Assembly (NCBI GenBank): GCA_000405225.1
Contig: ASMP01000001.1
Location: 69,191-133,190, forward strand
DNA from: Nanoarchaeota archaeon SCGC AAA011-D5
GTDB taxonomy: Archaea > Nanobdellota > Nanobdellia > Pacearchaeales > GW2011-AR1
DNA: 64,000 bases
Direction of reading: 5' to 3'
The notes below the pieces were generated by a model. That model had not been told where the DNA came from and searched no databases. It saw nothing but the letters and a program-made list of their open reading frames with translations. Shown here piece by piece: positions 54,774 to 64,000 of the stretch. A program made the position numbers and the translations under genes. Position 1 is the stretch's first letter. The number at the start of each line of letters is the position of its first letter.

Positions 54774-57110
54774 ATGGATAAAAAAGAAGTTCAGCTAAAA
54801 GTCGTGGAAGCACAGCAGGATGATGCGTACAAAGGAATAGCCAGAATAGACGGCGAAGTAATGCGCGAATTGGGAATAAGGAGAGGCGATGTAGTGATAA
54901 TCAAGGGAAACAGGGAAACTGTCGCGATTGCTGATCGTGCTTACCCTGCAGATGTCGGCGAGGGAATTGTAAGGATAGATGGAATTCTGAGAAGAAATGC
55001 CAAAACAGGTATCGGCGAAGCTGTCAAAGTTTCCAAAGCAGATGTGAAGGAAGCAAAAAAGCTCATTATTGCCCCTGCACAGAAAAATATAACGGTGCAG
55101 GCAGAACCAGAGAATTTAAGACGAGGCTTGCTTGGTAGAGCTGTTGTAAAAGGAGATGTTGTTGTTCTTGGAGGAGTTCAAAGACGAAGAGATCTTTTCT
55201 CAGAAGAACTTGGAGGAGATATCGGAGACATGTTAGGAGACATGTTTGGAAGCATGGGGGGAGGATTCGGACAATTGGGTGGAGGAGTTACTCAGATTAA
55301 ATTTTTAGTCGTCAATGCAGCCCCCTCTCAGCCTGTGATAATAACTGAAAATACGCAAGTGACCTTGAATCCCAAGGCAGTTGAAATAACAGAGGAAAAC
55401 ATACCTGAAATAACTTATGAGGATATTGGTGGGTTGTCTGAGGAAATAAAGAAAATAAGGGAAATGGTTGAAATTCCGATGAAGCACCCTGAAATTTTTG
55501 AAAGACTTGCCATTGAACCCCCAAAAGGTGTCTTGTTGCATGGGCCTCCGGGAACAGGAAAAACTTTACTTGCTAAAGCTGTAGCAAACGAATCTGAAGC
55601 AAGTTTCATTCTTCTTAACGGGCCTGAGATAATGTCAAAGTTTTATGGTGAATCTGAAAAGAAGATAAGGGATATTTTTGAAGAAGCTGAAAAAACAGCG
55701 CCATCGATTATATTCATTGATGAACTTGATGCAATAGCTCCCAAGAGAGAAGAAGTTATGGGAGAGGTTGAAAGAAGAGTTGTCTCCCAATTGCTCACGA
55801 TGATGGATGGCCTTAAATCAAGAGGAAAAGTAATTGTTATCGGAGCCACGAACAGGCCGAATTCCCTAGACCCTGCTTTGAGAAGGCCTGGGAGATTTGA
55901 CAGGGAAATAGAACTAAATGTTCCCGGAAAAGAAGGAAGATTGTCAATTTTGAAGATTCATACGAGAGGAATGCCTCTTCATAAAGATGTAAACCTCAAA
56001 GAGATAGCTGCTGTAACTCACGGATTTGTTGGCGCTGATTTGGAGTCCTTGTGTAAGGAATCAGCTATGATTGTTCTGAGAAAAGTGCTTCCGAAGATGA
56101 AGATGGAAGCAGAAGAAAAAATTCCTGCTGAAATTCTTGAGAAATTGATAATAAAACATGAAGATTTAGTAGAGGCACTTAAAGTAGTAAGGCCAAGCGC
56201 AATGAGGGAAGTTCTTGTCGAAATTCCCAACACAAGATGGGAAGACATAGGAGGCCTGAATAAAATTAAACAAGATCTTCAGGAAGCTGTTGAATGGCCT
56301 TTAAAACACCCTGAAACCTTTGTGAGAATGGGAATAAGGCCTTACCGCGGGATTTTACTTTATGGACCACCTGGAACAGGAAAAACTCTTCTTGCTAAAG
56401 CTGTTGCTAAAGAAGCAGAAGCAAATTTCATTCAGGTCAAAGGCCCTAGTTTATTGAGCATGTGGGTGGGTAAATCAGAGGAGGGCATGAGAAAAATCTT
56501 TGAAAGAGCAAGGCAGGTAGCTCCATGCATAATCTTTTTTGATGAGATAGATGCCCTTGCAGGCAAGAGAGGGCTTGACGCTGGAACAAAAGTTACAGAG
56601 CGTGTTTTAAACCAGATGCTTGCAGAGATGGATGGTCTTGAAGATTTGAACGATGTACTTGTCATAGGCGCAACAAACAGGCCAGACATGTTAGACCCTG
56701 GATTATTAAGGCCAGGGAGATTTGACAAGATACTTCTGGTTGGAGCTCCTGATGAAAAAGGAAGACTTCAGATTCTTGAAATTCACACAAAGAAAATGCC
56801 TATTGGCGATGCCAGCGGAAAAAAGCCTTTGACTCCTGAAAAAAGGGAAATTCTTCTGGAAGAGCTGGCAAAGAAAACAGAAGGATATACAGGAGCTGAC
56901 CTTGAAGCTGTTGCAAGAGAAGCCGCGATGCTTTCCTTGCGGGAGTCTATCGATAGTAGGTTTGTAACAGAAGAGCATTTCTTTGAGTCCCTTAAAAAAG
57001 TAAAACCTAGTGTAAGCAAGCCTCTTCTTGAGGTTTACAAGAAAATTGAGGATACTTTCCTGAAGAGCGCAAAGACAGCAGTCCCTCTTGAAAGCAGCTA
57101 TCTTGGATAA
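54774..57110 (+). CDS. cdc48: AAA+ ATPase Cdc48/VCP homolog
   Basis: N-domain plus two AAA modules each with GPPGTGKT Walker A and DE Walker B. Confidence 0.9.
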   Translation: MDKKEVQLKVVEAQQDDAYKGIARIDGEVMRELGIRRGDVVIIKGNRETVAIADRAYPADVGEGIVRIDGILRRNAKTGIGEAVKVSKADVKEAKKLIIAPAQKNITVQAEPENLRRGLLGRAVVKGDVVVLGGVQRRRDLFSEELGGDIGDMLGDMFGSMGGGFGQLGGGVTQIKFLVVNAAPSQPVIITENTQVTLNPKAVEITEENIPEITYEDIGGLSEEIKKIREMVEIPMKHPEIFERLAIEPPKGVLLHGPPGTGKTLLAKAVANESEASFILLNGPEIMSKFYGESEKKIRDIFEEAEKTAPSIIFIDELDAIAPKREEVMGEVERRVVSQLLTMMDGLKSRGKVIVIGATNRPNSLDPALRRPGRFDREIELNVPGKEGRLSILKIHTRGMPLHKDVNLKEIAAVTHGFVGADLESLCKESAMIVLRKVLPKMKMEAEEKIPAEILEKLIIKHEDLVEALKVVRPSAMREVLVEIPNTRWEDIGGLNKIKQDLQEAVEWPLKHPETFVRMGIRPYRGILLYGPPGTGKTLLAKAVAKEAEANFIQVKGPSLLSMWVGKSEEGMRKIFERARQVAPCIIFFDEIDALAGKRGLDAGTKVTERVLNQMLAEMDGLEDLNDVLVIGATNRPDMLDPGLLRPGRFDKILLVGAPDEKGRLQILEIHTKKMPIGDASGKKPLTPEKREILLEELAKKTEGYTGADLEAVAREAAMLSLRESIDSRFVTEEHFFESLKKVKPSVSKPLLEVYKKIEDTFLKSAKTAVPLESSYLG

Positions 57111-57132
57111 TTTTGGATAAGTTGATAACTTT

Positions 57133-57315
57133 ATGGTAGAGAATATAGAACAAATTTTATCAGGGATTTGCCCGAATTGTAGAAAAGAATCTACATTTAA
57201 TTATATTGGTGAACAGGAAATGTTTAAAGAACCAGCTATTCAGCTTTATGATTGTAATTCATGTAACTCTTCAATTGACTTAGCCAGCATTTCTAATAAA
57301 AAACCTATTCAGTAG
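57133..57315 (+). CDS. small zinc-ribbon protein, hypothetical
   Basis: CPNCRKE...CNSCNS. Confidence 0.3.
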   Translation: MVENIEQILSGICPNCRKESTFNYIGEQEMFKEPAIQLYDCNSCNSSIDLASISNKKPIQ

Positions 57316-58222
57316 TCACGATGACTCTGCCTTCTTTGTCAATGAAAATCGTTTGCTCTGCCTGACTTACTTTAGAGTCAGAGACTTCAACCAACTGAGA
57401 AAAATGATGCAGGTTTCCATTTGCCTCCAACTCTTTTAAAGCAAACAACCCCCTGGCTTCGAATTTTTTGAAAATCCAGCGCGAACAAAAAGGCAGAGTA
57501 TTATATTCTTTTTTTATGAATTCCAGAATCTCTCTTGCCAGAGAGCTCCTTGGACTTTTCTCTGAGGTTAGTTCATAAATTCCGGAAAGCTTCCCATCCC
57601 TGACCTTTCCTGATCCAGGAGTTGCGAAAGGCTCAATTGCATAAAGCCCTTCTTCAAGTTTTATGGTTTTTCCATCATCGATATTTGGAATTGTAATTCC
57701 TGCATGCAAGCTGTACTGTTCCATGCTATGACCGGAGAGATTTATTATCGGAGAGAAGCCACTTGCCTCTATGGTTTTAGAAATTACAGAACCGATTTTG
57801 TTTGTTGTTATACTGCTTCCTGTGCGTTTTATTTTGTAGTCTGCAGTTTTAGATTTAATAAATTCAACAGCCTCACTTAAAGCATTTTCACTGGCTTTTA
57901 CTAACTTTTTATTTTCCTCATTCTCATCAAGGTCTACAGAAAATGCGTTGTCTGCCACCCATCCGTCAACATTGACGCCAAAATCCACTTTTAGCAATCC
58001 GTTTGCCGCAGTTTTATCATCGTGACCTGGAGTGTAATGTGCTGCGACTTCATTTATGCTGAGATTTACCGGAAAAGCCGGTTTTCCCCCAAGCTCAAAA
58101 ATTTTTGCCTCTATCTTTTCTGCTATTTCCAGCAAAGGAATGCCTTTTTTTACAATAGTTCTTGCATAGATTTTCACCTGTGAAGCTATTTTTCCGGCTT
58201 TCAGAATCTTTTCGGTGCTCAT
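57305..58222 (-). CDS. map: methionine aminopeptidase, type 2
   Basis: Pita-bread fold motifs (AAHYTPGHDD, NLSGHSMEQYSLHAG). Confidence 0.85.
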   Translation of the reverse strand: MSTEKILKAGKIASQVKIYARTIVKKGIPLLEIAEKIEAKIFELGGKPAFPVNLSINEVAAHYTPGHDDKTAANGLLKVDFGVNVDGWVADNAFSVDLDENEENKKLVKASENALSEAVEFIKSKTADYKIKRTGSSITTNKIGSVISKTIEASGFSPIINLSGHSMEQYSLHAGITIPNIDDGKTIKLEEGLYAIEPFATPGSGKVRDGKLSGIYELTSEKSPRSSLAREILEFIKKEYNTLPFCSRWIFKKFEARGLFALKELEANGNLHHFSQLVEVSDSKVSQAEQTIFIDKEGRVIVTTE

Positions 58223-58353
58223 TTTTTCCTTTTATCTGGATTTTTAACAAGAACAGTGGGAAGAACAGGCTCAAAGTTCAAAGTGCCTGGATTAAATCTC
58301 ATTTTAAGATGAAGTTCCTTGATTTTTCTTTTAGCTTTCTTGGCCTTTCTCAT
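58219..58353 (-). CDS. small basic protein (44 aa), translationally coupled to map
   Basis: MRKAKKAKRKIKELHLKMRFNPGTLNFEPVLPTVLVKNPDKRKK. Its TGA stop overlaps the map ATG (ATGA). Confidence 0.3.
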   Translation of the reverse strand: MRKAKKAKRKIKELHLKMRFNPGTLNFEPVLPTVLVKNPDKRKK

Positions 58354-58393
58354 GCATTACTTAGAAAAAGTTGTTTTTTAAAATGTTTGTTGG

Positions 58394-59125
58394 CTATCCA
58401 ATCCTGAAAACGGCTGTAACTCTTGCCGATATCTCCTGCTCGCTGGGGACAATGCTTGTTGCTTCTTGTTTTGCTTCCGCCGCAGTTGCTCCTGCGAAAT
58501 CACGGGCAAGCCATGGAATATAATCATAGGAATCCACAGAAACAGAGACAAGCTTTCCAACTTTTTTATCGAGGCCTTCTGCAACACCCTCTGCCTTGGA
58601 AGTCGCGTCCTTTGCAGCAAGTTTCATCGCTTCTGCCTTGTATTTATTTTGGTTTTCCTGGCTAAGTTCAAAATTTATATAGCTGATCCCTGCTCCGGAA
58701 TCCACGCCAGAGTCTATGACATCTCCGATTTTTTCTGAATCGTCGGCAGAGAGCTCGACTCTTAACGAATGAGTGGCCCTATAACCTGTTATTTTTCCTG
58801 TGCCTGTCTTGTAATCATATTCAGGATAAACACTGTAACTCTGGGTTTTGATGTCTTCCCGCTCAAAACCTTTGCCTATAAGAGAATTTATCAGCGAGTC
58901 AACAATCTCTGAATTTGCATCAGCTGCCTCGTTGCTAGTTTCTCCTTGCGAGTCAACATTGAAATAAACTCCGATAATATCAGGCATTGCCTTTATAGTT
59001 GACGTCCCTGACACGCTTATGGTGTTCTCATAAGAAGGATTTAGGGAGTTGATGAGTATCAATGTGAGTACTACTACTCCTACAATTACAAGTAATGTTA
59101 TTTGCACAGATTTTTCGAGTTTCAT
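58394..59125 (-). CDS. SIMPL/DUF541-domain protein
   Basis: N-terminal TM then SIMPL-like domain (GVYFNVDSQGETSNEA...GYRATHSLRVEL). Start chosen at MKLEKS where it overlaps the upstream gene stop (ATGA). Confidence 0.6.
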   Translation of the reverse strand: MKLEKSVQITLLVIVGVVVLTLILINSLNPSYENTISVSGTSTIKAMPDIIGVYFNVDSQGETSNEAADANSEIVDSLINSLIGKGFEREDIKTQSYSVYPEYDYKTGTGKITGYRATHSLRVELSADDSEKIGDVIDSGVDSGAGISYINFELSQENQNKYKAEAMKLAAKDATSKAEGVAEGLDKKVGKLVSVSVDSYDYIPWLARDFAGATAAEAKQEATSIVPSEQEISARVTAVFRIG

Positions 59126-59703
59126 TTTTTCTTCCAGATTTTTTGGTATAACGCTATTCTTAATACCAAGATAATGATGGCGAATACTGCTCCCGCAAGG
59201 AACCATAACCAATAGTTTTCTGTATTTATAATGCTTGCTGACTCTGCAGCTTTGGCAGAACCTTCGGTAGCCAATGCAAATGCTTCTTCCTGTGTTGCAA
59301 CAACTGCCCGCTGTGCGGAAAAATAAAATTTCACTGCAACTGCGGCAATCCCCGATATTAGTGCAATGGGAATAATCTGCTTTATTTGAGAGTTTAGCTT
59401 GCTGCTTTTTGGAGAAATTACTATTGACTTATTGGAAAAACGGTACATTCTTATCTTTCTTCCCTTAGGACTCCAGAAGAAATTCTTGCTTTCCTCAATA
59501 ATTCCCGCCTGAACCATCTTTCTTATATTGTATTCAGCAGTATTCAGTGGAATTTCCAGTTTTTCAGAGATGTCTTTTTCACTGGCTTCTTCTTTTTCAG
59601 ATAGGAAATTGATTATCTTACTTGCAGTTTTATTTTTAAGTATCTCTGCAATTGATTTAAGTCTGCTGTCTTCCAATGAAAATAAAAGGTATTTTTTGTT
59701 CAT
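59122..59703 (-). CDS. winged-HTH membrane-anchored regulator-like protein
   Basis: N-terminal ArsR/wHTH-like segment and two TM helices. Co-oriented and overlapping with the SIMPL gene. Confidence 0.45.
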   Translation of the reverse strand: MNKKYLLFSLEDSRLKSIAEILKNKTASKIINFLSEKEEASEKDISEKLEIPLNTAEYNIRKMVQAGIIEESKNFFWSPKGRKIRMYRFSNKSIVISPKSSKLNSQIKQIIPIALISGIAAVAVKFYFSAQRAVVATQEEAFALATEGSAKAAESASIINTENYWLWFLAGAVFAIIILVLRIALYQKIWKKK

Positions 59704-59745
59704 TAAAAAGATAAAAAACTGTTCTTTATAAATAAAGCGATAAGT

Positions 59746-60240
59746 TCAATTTTGTTTGAAGTTATTACCGCCCTGCCTTTCTTTGAGCCTTCTGTTTTTT
59801 GGAATGAAATTTCCTATTTTTTCTTCAGAGGCCTTGCCTGTTCCAAGAAAATCTTCGCCATGCTTCATAATAAGGAATCCATGTTTTCCTGTTTTAATTG
59901 GAAGTTCATGGCCTTTCATCCATTCTTCTGTCTGTTTTTCATCAAGTTCAAATATGTTTGTCTTAATCTGTGAAGAAAGAGCCTGCGAACCCTCGATGCT
60001 GAGCCTTATAATATTTTCTCCAGGAATAATTTTCGCGAAATAAAATCCAACACGCTCTATTGGAACAATTGCTTCAAGTTTTCTGATTTCATTTTCAGAT
60101 ATGTCTCCGGAAAATAGGAAAAGCCTTTCTTCTCCCCTTTTTATTATCAAGCCAGGAACATTTTCTATGCCAAATTGTGCATTCAGAGCTTTTTCTATTT
60201 CTGCTTTTTCCCTTGGATTCAAGATTTTTATAAAGCTCAT
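59746..60240 (-). CDS. PUA/Nip7-like RNA-binding protein (putative)
   Basis: 164 aa. 4-nt overlap with the downstream NOL1/NOP2/Sun methyltransferase gene, as in archaeal Nip7-NSun arrangements. Confidence 0.35.
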   Translation of the reverse strand: MSFIKILNPREKAEIEKALNAQFGIENVPGLIIKRGEERLFLFSGDISENEIRKLEAIVPIERVGFYFAKIIPGENIIRLSIEGSQALSSQIKTNIFELDEKQTEEWMKGHELPIKTGKHGFLIMKHGEDFLGTGKASEEKIGNFIPKNRRLKERQGGNNFKQN

Positions 60241-61208
60241 CTTTTCCTCTTCATTTTGGCAATAAAAAATCCCTCTGTATCGTTGTCTTGTGGATAAATC
60301 CTGCAGGACTTTTCAATGTTCTTATCATAATCATGGTCTAGCCATTTACCTATACCGGGCCTACACTTAACAGGGAGGCTTATTTTTTCTATACTAACAT
60401 TATTTCCAAATTTTTTCAAAACAAAATCAATCACTCCTTCATTTTCTTCAGGGGCATGCGTGCACGTTGAATACACGGCCTCTCCACCCGGCTTCAGGAT
60501 TTCTATTGCAGAAGCAAGCAATCCTTTCTGGAGCTTGGAAAGGTTTTTTATTGTTTTTGGATTCCACATTTTTGCAGTTGCATCAGAACTTCTCAGTGTT
60601 CCCTCTCCCGAACAAGGAGCATCAACCAAGATTTTGTCAAATTGGAAACCAAATTCTTTCAGCTTTTTGCAAAGATAAATTCCGTCTTTTTTCACCAGGA
60701 TTGAATTTGCAACTCCGCAACGCTCCATGTTTGAAGCCAGAATCTTTAATCTTCCAAGATTAGAGTCATTTGCTATTATTATCCCTTTGTTATTCATGGT
60801 TGCTGCAATCTGTGTTGTTTTGCTTCCTGGAGCAGCCGTAAGGTCAAGAACAAGTTCATCTGGCCTTGGTTTCAGGGCAAGAACAGGAAGCATACTCGCA
60901 ATTTCCTGTATATAATAATACCCGAGAAGATGCTCCATGCTTCTTCCGAGTTCTCCCGGAGACAGTTCATTTTTTATGGTCATTATTTCTGGATATAATT
61001 TAAATGGCTGAGAAACTTCCCATCCTTTTGAGTTTAATCTAGTCAGTAATTCCTCCGGAGAAATTTTTAATGTGCTGCATCTAATAGAATTCTGCAAAGG
61101 CTTATCTAAAACATCTAAATAAGTCTGCATTTCTTTCCCAAGAAGCGAAGACATACGCTCAAGAAAAATGGGCTTTAGTTCGTAGTTCTTTGTTTTCCTG
61201 TTTTTCAT
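60237..61208 (-). CDS. NOL1/NOP2/Sun-family RNA cytosine-C5 methyltransferase
   Basis: SAM motif VLDLTAAPGSKT, catalytic DAPCSGEG and TCT. Confidence 0.8.
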   Translation of the reverse strand: MKNRKTKNYELKPIFLERMSSLLGKEMQTYLDVLDKPLQNSIRCSTLKISPEELLTRLNSKGWEVSQPFKLYPEIMTIKNELSPGELGRSMEHLLGYYYIQEIASMLPVLALKPRPDELVLDLTAAPGSKTTQIAATMNNKGIIIANDSNLGRLKILASNMERCGVANSILVKKDGIYLCKKLKEFGFQFDKILVDAPCSGEGTLRSSDATAKMWNPKTIKNLSKLQKGLLASAIEILKPGGEAVYSTCTHAPEENEGVIDFVLKKFGNNVSIEKISLPVKCRPGIGKWLDHDYDKNIEKSCRIYPQDNDTEGFFIAKMKRKR

Positions 61209-61263
61209 GAATTTGATTAAGAAAGAGAATTTTTAATACTTGAGGTTCTATTGAGGCCTAAAC

Positions 61264-61479
61264 TCAGAATAAAATTTTGGCTAACCTATACAAACCGTAA
61301 CCAGATCCAAAAAGAGCAAGTGTGAATGTTATTGACTGGTATTCTGACCAATATTTAAAATCTTCTATTAAATTTGGCTTTCCTTCTCTTTTATCTTTGA
61401 ACATCTTGAATACTCCAGTAACAGGAATCCACTGCTTCCAATCCGGCTTTAATCTTTTTTCTAGAATTTCTGGGCTCAT
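61264..61479 (-). CDS. hypothetical small protein
   Basis: 71 aa, one C-terminal TM. Confidence 0.3.
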   Translation of the reverse strand: MSPEILEKRLKPDWKQWIPVTGVFKMFKDKREGKPNLIEDFKYWSEYQSITFTLALFGSGYGLYRLAKILF

Positions 61480-61528
61480 GACCTTATTCTGTCAAAGACA
61501 ATATTATTAAAATCTTTCTTTGGAAACT

Positions 61529-63574
61529 TTAAAAATCCCCCAGTTTTGTCTGTTTTTTTCCTTCCGTGATCTCCTTTACATCTATGTTAAAAACCTGGAA
61601 GATGTTTTCAACTGCCGGAAGAATCTGCCTGTTCAAGTAATATTCAATATTGTATTCTCCTTTTTCTTCGACAAGCTTTACACAATCTCTCACGAGTTTT
61701 TTCTTTTCCCTGGTTTCTGCTATAAAATATTCAATTAGGTTAGCTCCGCTTATCGGAATTCCAAGTTCTCTCATTTTTCTCGCAGCGATAACATGCGGAG
61801 AAATTGCCTTATACTCTGAAAGGGGTTTCTGGAGCATTGTCCTTATAGTTATTTCTTCTCTGGAAACTTCACGATTTTTGACTTTCTTGATAATTTCTTT
61901 TAGGTGTTCTAAGGCTCTTTTTTCATTGCCATCTTCCAGGACAAGGCGAATGACCCTGTTTTGCAATTCTCTCGCAAGATGGCACCAGTCTCTTCTCACT
62001 GTTTCAAATCCACGTATTTTCAGCCTGTTATCTTTTCCAGTTAAGGCATATTTCTTTTTTGCCCCGATTGTTCCTGTCCTTTTTGTAACCCACAATCCAC
62101 GAGTAAAAAACCCCTCCAGTTCAAGTTCCATTACTCCCGGAAGTTCGTTGTTCAGTCTTTCAAGAAGAGCAAGAGCCTGTGCCTCACTCTTTTTTTGCAT
62201 AAGGAATGCTATGCTGTCTGTGTCTGAATAGATCACTTTGTAGCCCGCTTTGTCTATTTTTTCAATTGTTTTTTTTATGAAATCCCTGCTGATTGCTTTT
62301 GCTGTTGCAGAGGCTTCAGGGCAATAATATCTTGCTCCAAAAAATCCCTGATAACCATAAGAGGCATTTGCGAGAAGTTTGAAGGCATTGCTCCTTGCCT
62401 TTTTGATTGCATCCGGTTTTTCTTTTAGTTCGTGCTTATATTGTTTTCTCTTCTCTATTATCTCCCTAAGCATTTCAGGAAAAAATGCCGGCTTTTTCGA
62501 GAAATAAAATCTTTTTCCGCCGACTTCAACTTCAAGAAAATCCTTTTCTTTTTTTTCCGAAAAGGAAGATCTTGAAAGATTGAAAGTCACTATGATGCTT
62601 GGCCAGAAACTTGTGAAATCAAAAACACAGATATCTTCATATAAACCCGGAGTTGGCTCAAAGACAAAAGCACCTTCATATTTTGGCCTACGCATCCTGG
62701 TGCTAATTTCTTCATGTACTGGTTTCTTTTCAGGAATTTCCCCGAATCTGTCTAGGTTATGTATTATATAATCCTCAACATTGTTGGACATGCCGTTTCT
62801 CGTTACAGAGAAAACAGGCTCCTGCATGATTCTTGTGAATTCAAGAATGTCTGGCCAGAATTTCTGGAAAAGCCCATAGGCAAGAACAGAATCATGGAGA
62901 TTATATTCAAAATAGCTGTCCCATTCTTCTTTCTTGATTTTTGAGGAGTGTTTGAATTTGAAGTCTTTTTTTGTGTCTCCTAAAAATTCTCGGGAAACTT
63001 CATTGAGAGAAAGGGTTTCAGACTGCATGTATTGCGAGTATGCTGTCTGGATAAATTTCATAAGGTCAATATGCACGATTCCCGACACTTTTCCTGTTGG
63101 AAGGGCCCCGCGGAAAAATCTTGGCTGGCTGTTATCCAAACCAAGAGCCAGAGAAACTCCAAGCTTCACTGCTCTTTCTTTCAAATAAGGCAAGTCAAAT
63201 CCGTCTGAAAAATAACCAACAAGAAAATCGGGAGAAGTCTTCTTAACATAAGATACAAACTTTTCTAAGAGTTCTTTTTCATTTTTTACAACTTCCACAT
63301 AGTCTGCTTTTGGCTTCCTTCCGCCCCCCGTCTTCCAGGTAAGAACTTTTTTGAAATTTTCCGAAACCATGGAAATCATGAGGATTTCACCCTCTCCTAT
63401 CCCGAACTCATCTGCTTCTATATCATAAGTAAGGACTTTTGGGGAGAATGCGTGAATGTCTGCTTTTTTTTGGCTTTGGAGCTTCATGCATAGATCAACC
63501 TGCAACTCTTGGTCGATTCCTCCAAATTCTCCAGAATTGTCAAGAACCTCTCCCTCTACTTCATACCATTGCAA
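61529..63574 (-). CDS. polB: family-B DNA polymerase, exonuclease + polymerase domains (C-terminal ORF of a frame-split polB)
   Basis: Exo motif YDIEA, polymerase motifs SLYPS-like, KKYA (KKKYALTGK), YSDTDS. ORF begins at an alternative TTG start only because of a frame break in an A8 run at 63585-63592. Confidence 0.9.
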   Translation of the reverse strand: MQWYEVEGEVLDNSGEFGGIDQELQVDLCMKLQSQKKADIHAFSPKVLTYDIEADEFGIGEGEILMISMVSENFKKVLTWKTGGGRKPKADYVEVVKNEKELLEKFVSYVKKTSPDFLVGYFSDGFDLPYLKERAVKLGVSLALGLDNSQPRFFRGALPTGKVSGIVHIDLMKFIQTAYSQYMQSETLSLNEVSREFLGDTKKDFKFKHSSKIKKEEWDSYFEYNLHDSVLAYGLFQKFWPDILEFTRIMQEPVFSVTRNGMSNNVEDYIIHNLDRFGEIPEKKPVHEEISTRMRRPKYEGAFVFEPTPGLYEDICVFDFTSFWPSIIVTFNLSRSSFSEKKEKDFLEVEVGGKRFYFSKKPAFFPEMLREIIEKRKQYKHELKEKPDAIKKARSNAFKLLANASYGYQGFFGARYYCPEASATAKAISRDFIKKTIEKIDKAGYKVIYSDTDSIAFLMQKKSEAQALALLERLNNELPGVMELELEGFFTRGLWVTKRTGTIGAKKKYALTGKDNRLKIRGFETVRRDWCHLARELQNRVIRLVLEDGNEKRALEHLKEIIKKVKNREVSREEITIRTMLQKPLSEYKAISPHVIAARKMRELGIPISGANLIEYFIAETREKKKLVRDCVKLVEEKGEYNIEYYLNRQILPAVENIFQVFNIDVKEITEGKKQTKLGDF

Positions 63575-64000
63575 TGGTAAAATTTTTTTTCAATGATATA
63601 ATGAGTTATAAATCCCAGGTCATAGCCACGTCTTTTTTCTATCTCTTTAAGGCCAAGCCTGTCTGCTACATCATGCAAGTCTTTGTAATTTGTTGCAAAG
63701 ATTTTAAGAGCATTGACTTCTTTTCCAAGAAAGTTTTTTTTATGAAGTTCAACAGCTTCTACTTTTGTCTGCCTGCCTTTAGTGTCTAGTTTTATTTTCC
63801 TTATCTTTTCCACAAGATCCTTTATCTTTTTATCGCTGAGGCCGGATTCCAAAACAGCCCAGAAATAAACAGGACACGAATCAATAATGCACAGCCTTTT
63901 TCCATGAGAATCCCTTCCTATCATCCTTATGTAATTTCTATCCTTAAAATCAAAGTAATCATAATCTACGGGAATAAATGTTGTTTTCATCCTTTTGATA
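63556..64000 (-). CDS. polB: family-B DNA polymerase N-terminal domain (5' ORF of polB, continues past window end)
   Basis: N-terminal PolB domain. Ends IIEKKFYHCNGMK*. Adding one A to the A8 run gives ...IIEKKILPLQWYEVEG..., contiguous with 61529-63574. Confidence 0.8.
   Translation of the reverse strand, partial: IKRMKTTFIPVDYDYFDFKDRNYIRMIGRDSHGKRLCIIDSCPVYFWAVLESGLSDKKIKDLVEKIRKIKLDTKGRQTKVEAVELHKKNFLGKEVNALKIFATNYKDLHDVADRLGLKEIEKRRGYDLGFITHYIIEKKFYHCNGMK

Noticed and set aside
1-64000. CRISPR arrays, rRNA genes and IS-type transposase genes
   Set aside because: Scanning both strands found no regularly spaced direct repeats, no rRNA-like conserved blocks and no transposase-like ORFs. 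The only mobile-type elements seen are the intein and the DGR.

Overview
AT-rich (roughly 35% GC), gene-dense archaeal chromosomal segment. The archaeal assignment rests on TBP, MCM, aIF-1A, aIF-2beta, L15e, aRF1, TFS/RpoM, RpoL, RadB, a Cdc48-type AAA ATPase and a family-B DNA polymerase. The small proteins, split genes and intron-bearing tRNAs suggest a DPANN-type lineage, but that is inference only. Most of the window is housekeeping: GatB/E-family amidotransferase, PdaD, AspRS, AsnRS, MetRS, ValRS, FtsZ, MnmA, TopA, PolB, DNA ligase, methionine aminopeptidase, signal peptidase, MinD, ScpB, a GT2 glycosyltransferase, and four tRNAs of which three carry introns.

The main system is a diversity-generating retroelement (DGR). 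It consists of a reverse transcriptase with the DGR-specific IGNLTSQ motif at 22195-23245, which is frameshifted in a G10 run. An AAC-rich template repeat lies at about 22081-22166 just upstream of the RT. A variable repeat lies in the 3' end of the adjacent gene 21005-21886. A second variable repeat lies in a paralogous gene 17 kb away at 38429-39199. All TR/VR mismatches fall on template adenines. Both target genes, and one unrelated gene at 10156, are preceded by a near-identical ~65-nt palindrome plus TATA promoter module. A RelE/ParE-type toxin-antitoxin pair sits immediately upstream of the DGR, and a paralogous pair sits next to an intron-containing tRNA-Lys.

Other notable items are a ~431-aa LAGLIDADG intein inserted exactly in the GGQ motif of aRF1, and a PIN-nuclease plus Rnl2-like RNA-ligase gene pair. 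Four genes (the DGR RT, topA, polB and an RPA-like gene) are each interrupted by a single-base frame change inside a homopolymer run. A partial 5' duplication of tRNA-Lys lies upstream of that tRNA.
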